Source: Octopus sinensis (lineage: Eukaryota). Taken from it: 64,000 nucleotides of DNA. Positions 63,880 to 64,000 of the stretch are shown here, piece after piece. Under the pieces are notes generated by a model, which did not search any database, was not told the DNA's origin, and saw only the letters and a program-made list of their open reading frames with translations. Both the position numbers and the translations under genes were made by a program. Within the stretch, counting starts at the first letter, position 1; each line of letters begins with the position of its first letter. The DNA lies in the NCBI RefSeq assembly GCF_006345805.1, contig NC_043005.1, positions 3,596,001 through 3,660,000 on the forward strand, given 5' to 3'.

Positions 63880-64000
63880 TTTCTTATACAACTCGTCTTT
63901 TGTTATACAGAAGCTCATCAGAGTGTGGAGGTCAGTTGGATGTGTAACGTTAACTTGCATGGAAAAATGAAGAACACTTGAGAGAGAGGTGAAGCATTTT

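Noticed and set aside
16393-63981. Numerous short ORFs rich in HT/CV/YI/RE repeats or containing LDALPNANHS, FIYRPRKDER and similar
   Set aside because: They are translations of microsatellites and of recurring SINE bodies.

Overview
Repeat-rich eukaryotic (animal) genomic DNA, most likely a coleoid cephalopod such as Octopus. That assignment is inferred from my recognition of the SINE/RTE families and microsatellite style, not from a database search. Host genes: the last two coding exons of MTAP (+ strand, 180-302 and probably 6519-6554) and coding exons 2 and 3 of RNF11 (- strand, 31955-32103 and 23762-23936), arranged tail-to-tail. RNF11 exon 1 was not found in the window. The main accessory feature is a complete, TSD-flanked but decayed Ingi-like LINE (7748-15675). 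It has a 5' HDV-like ribozyme fold, a virus-type 2A/StopGo motif (DIETNPG/P), four tandem PHD fingers, then APE, RT, RNase H and a CCHC knuckle. A 5'-truncated RTE LINE, with a PHD-like module inside its RT, interrupts it. The window also holds at least seven minimal type I hammerhead-ribozyme motifs from about four repeat families. One family is a tRNA-headed SINE carrying a hammerhead and Penelope-style inverted ends, present once as a TSD-flanked copy and once as a head-to-head palindrome. Another tRNA-SINE family shares its 3' tail with an L1/Tx1-like LINE. The rest is SINEs, MITEs (piggyBac-like, hAT-like), a Helitron-like element, a deleted mariner and microsatellites. Most short ORFs in the track are artefacts of these repeats. 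All structures and alignments were made by eye, and repeat boundaries are approximate unless a TSD or TIR is quoted.
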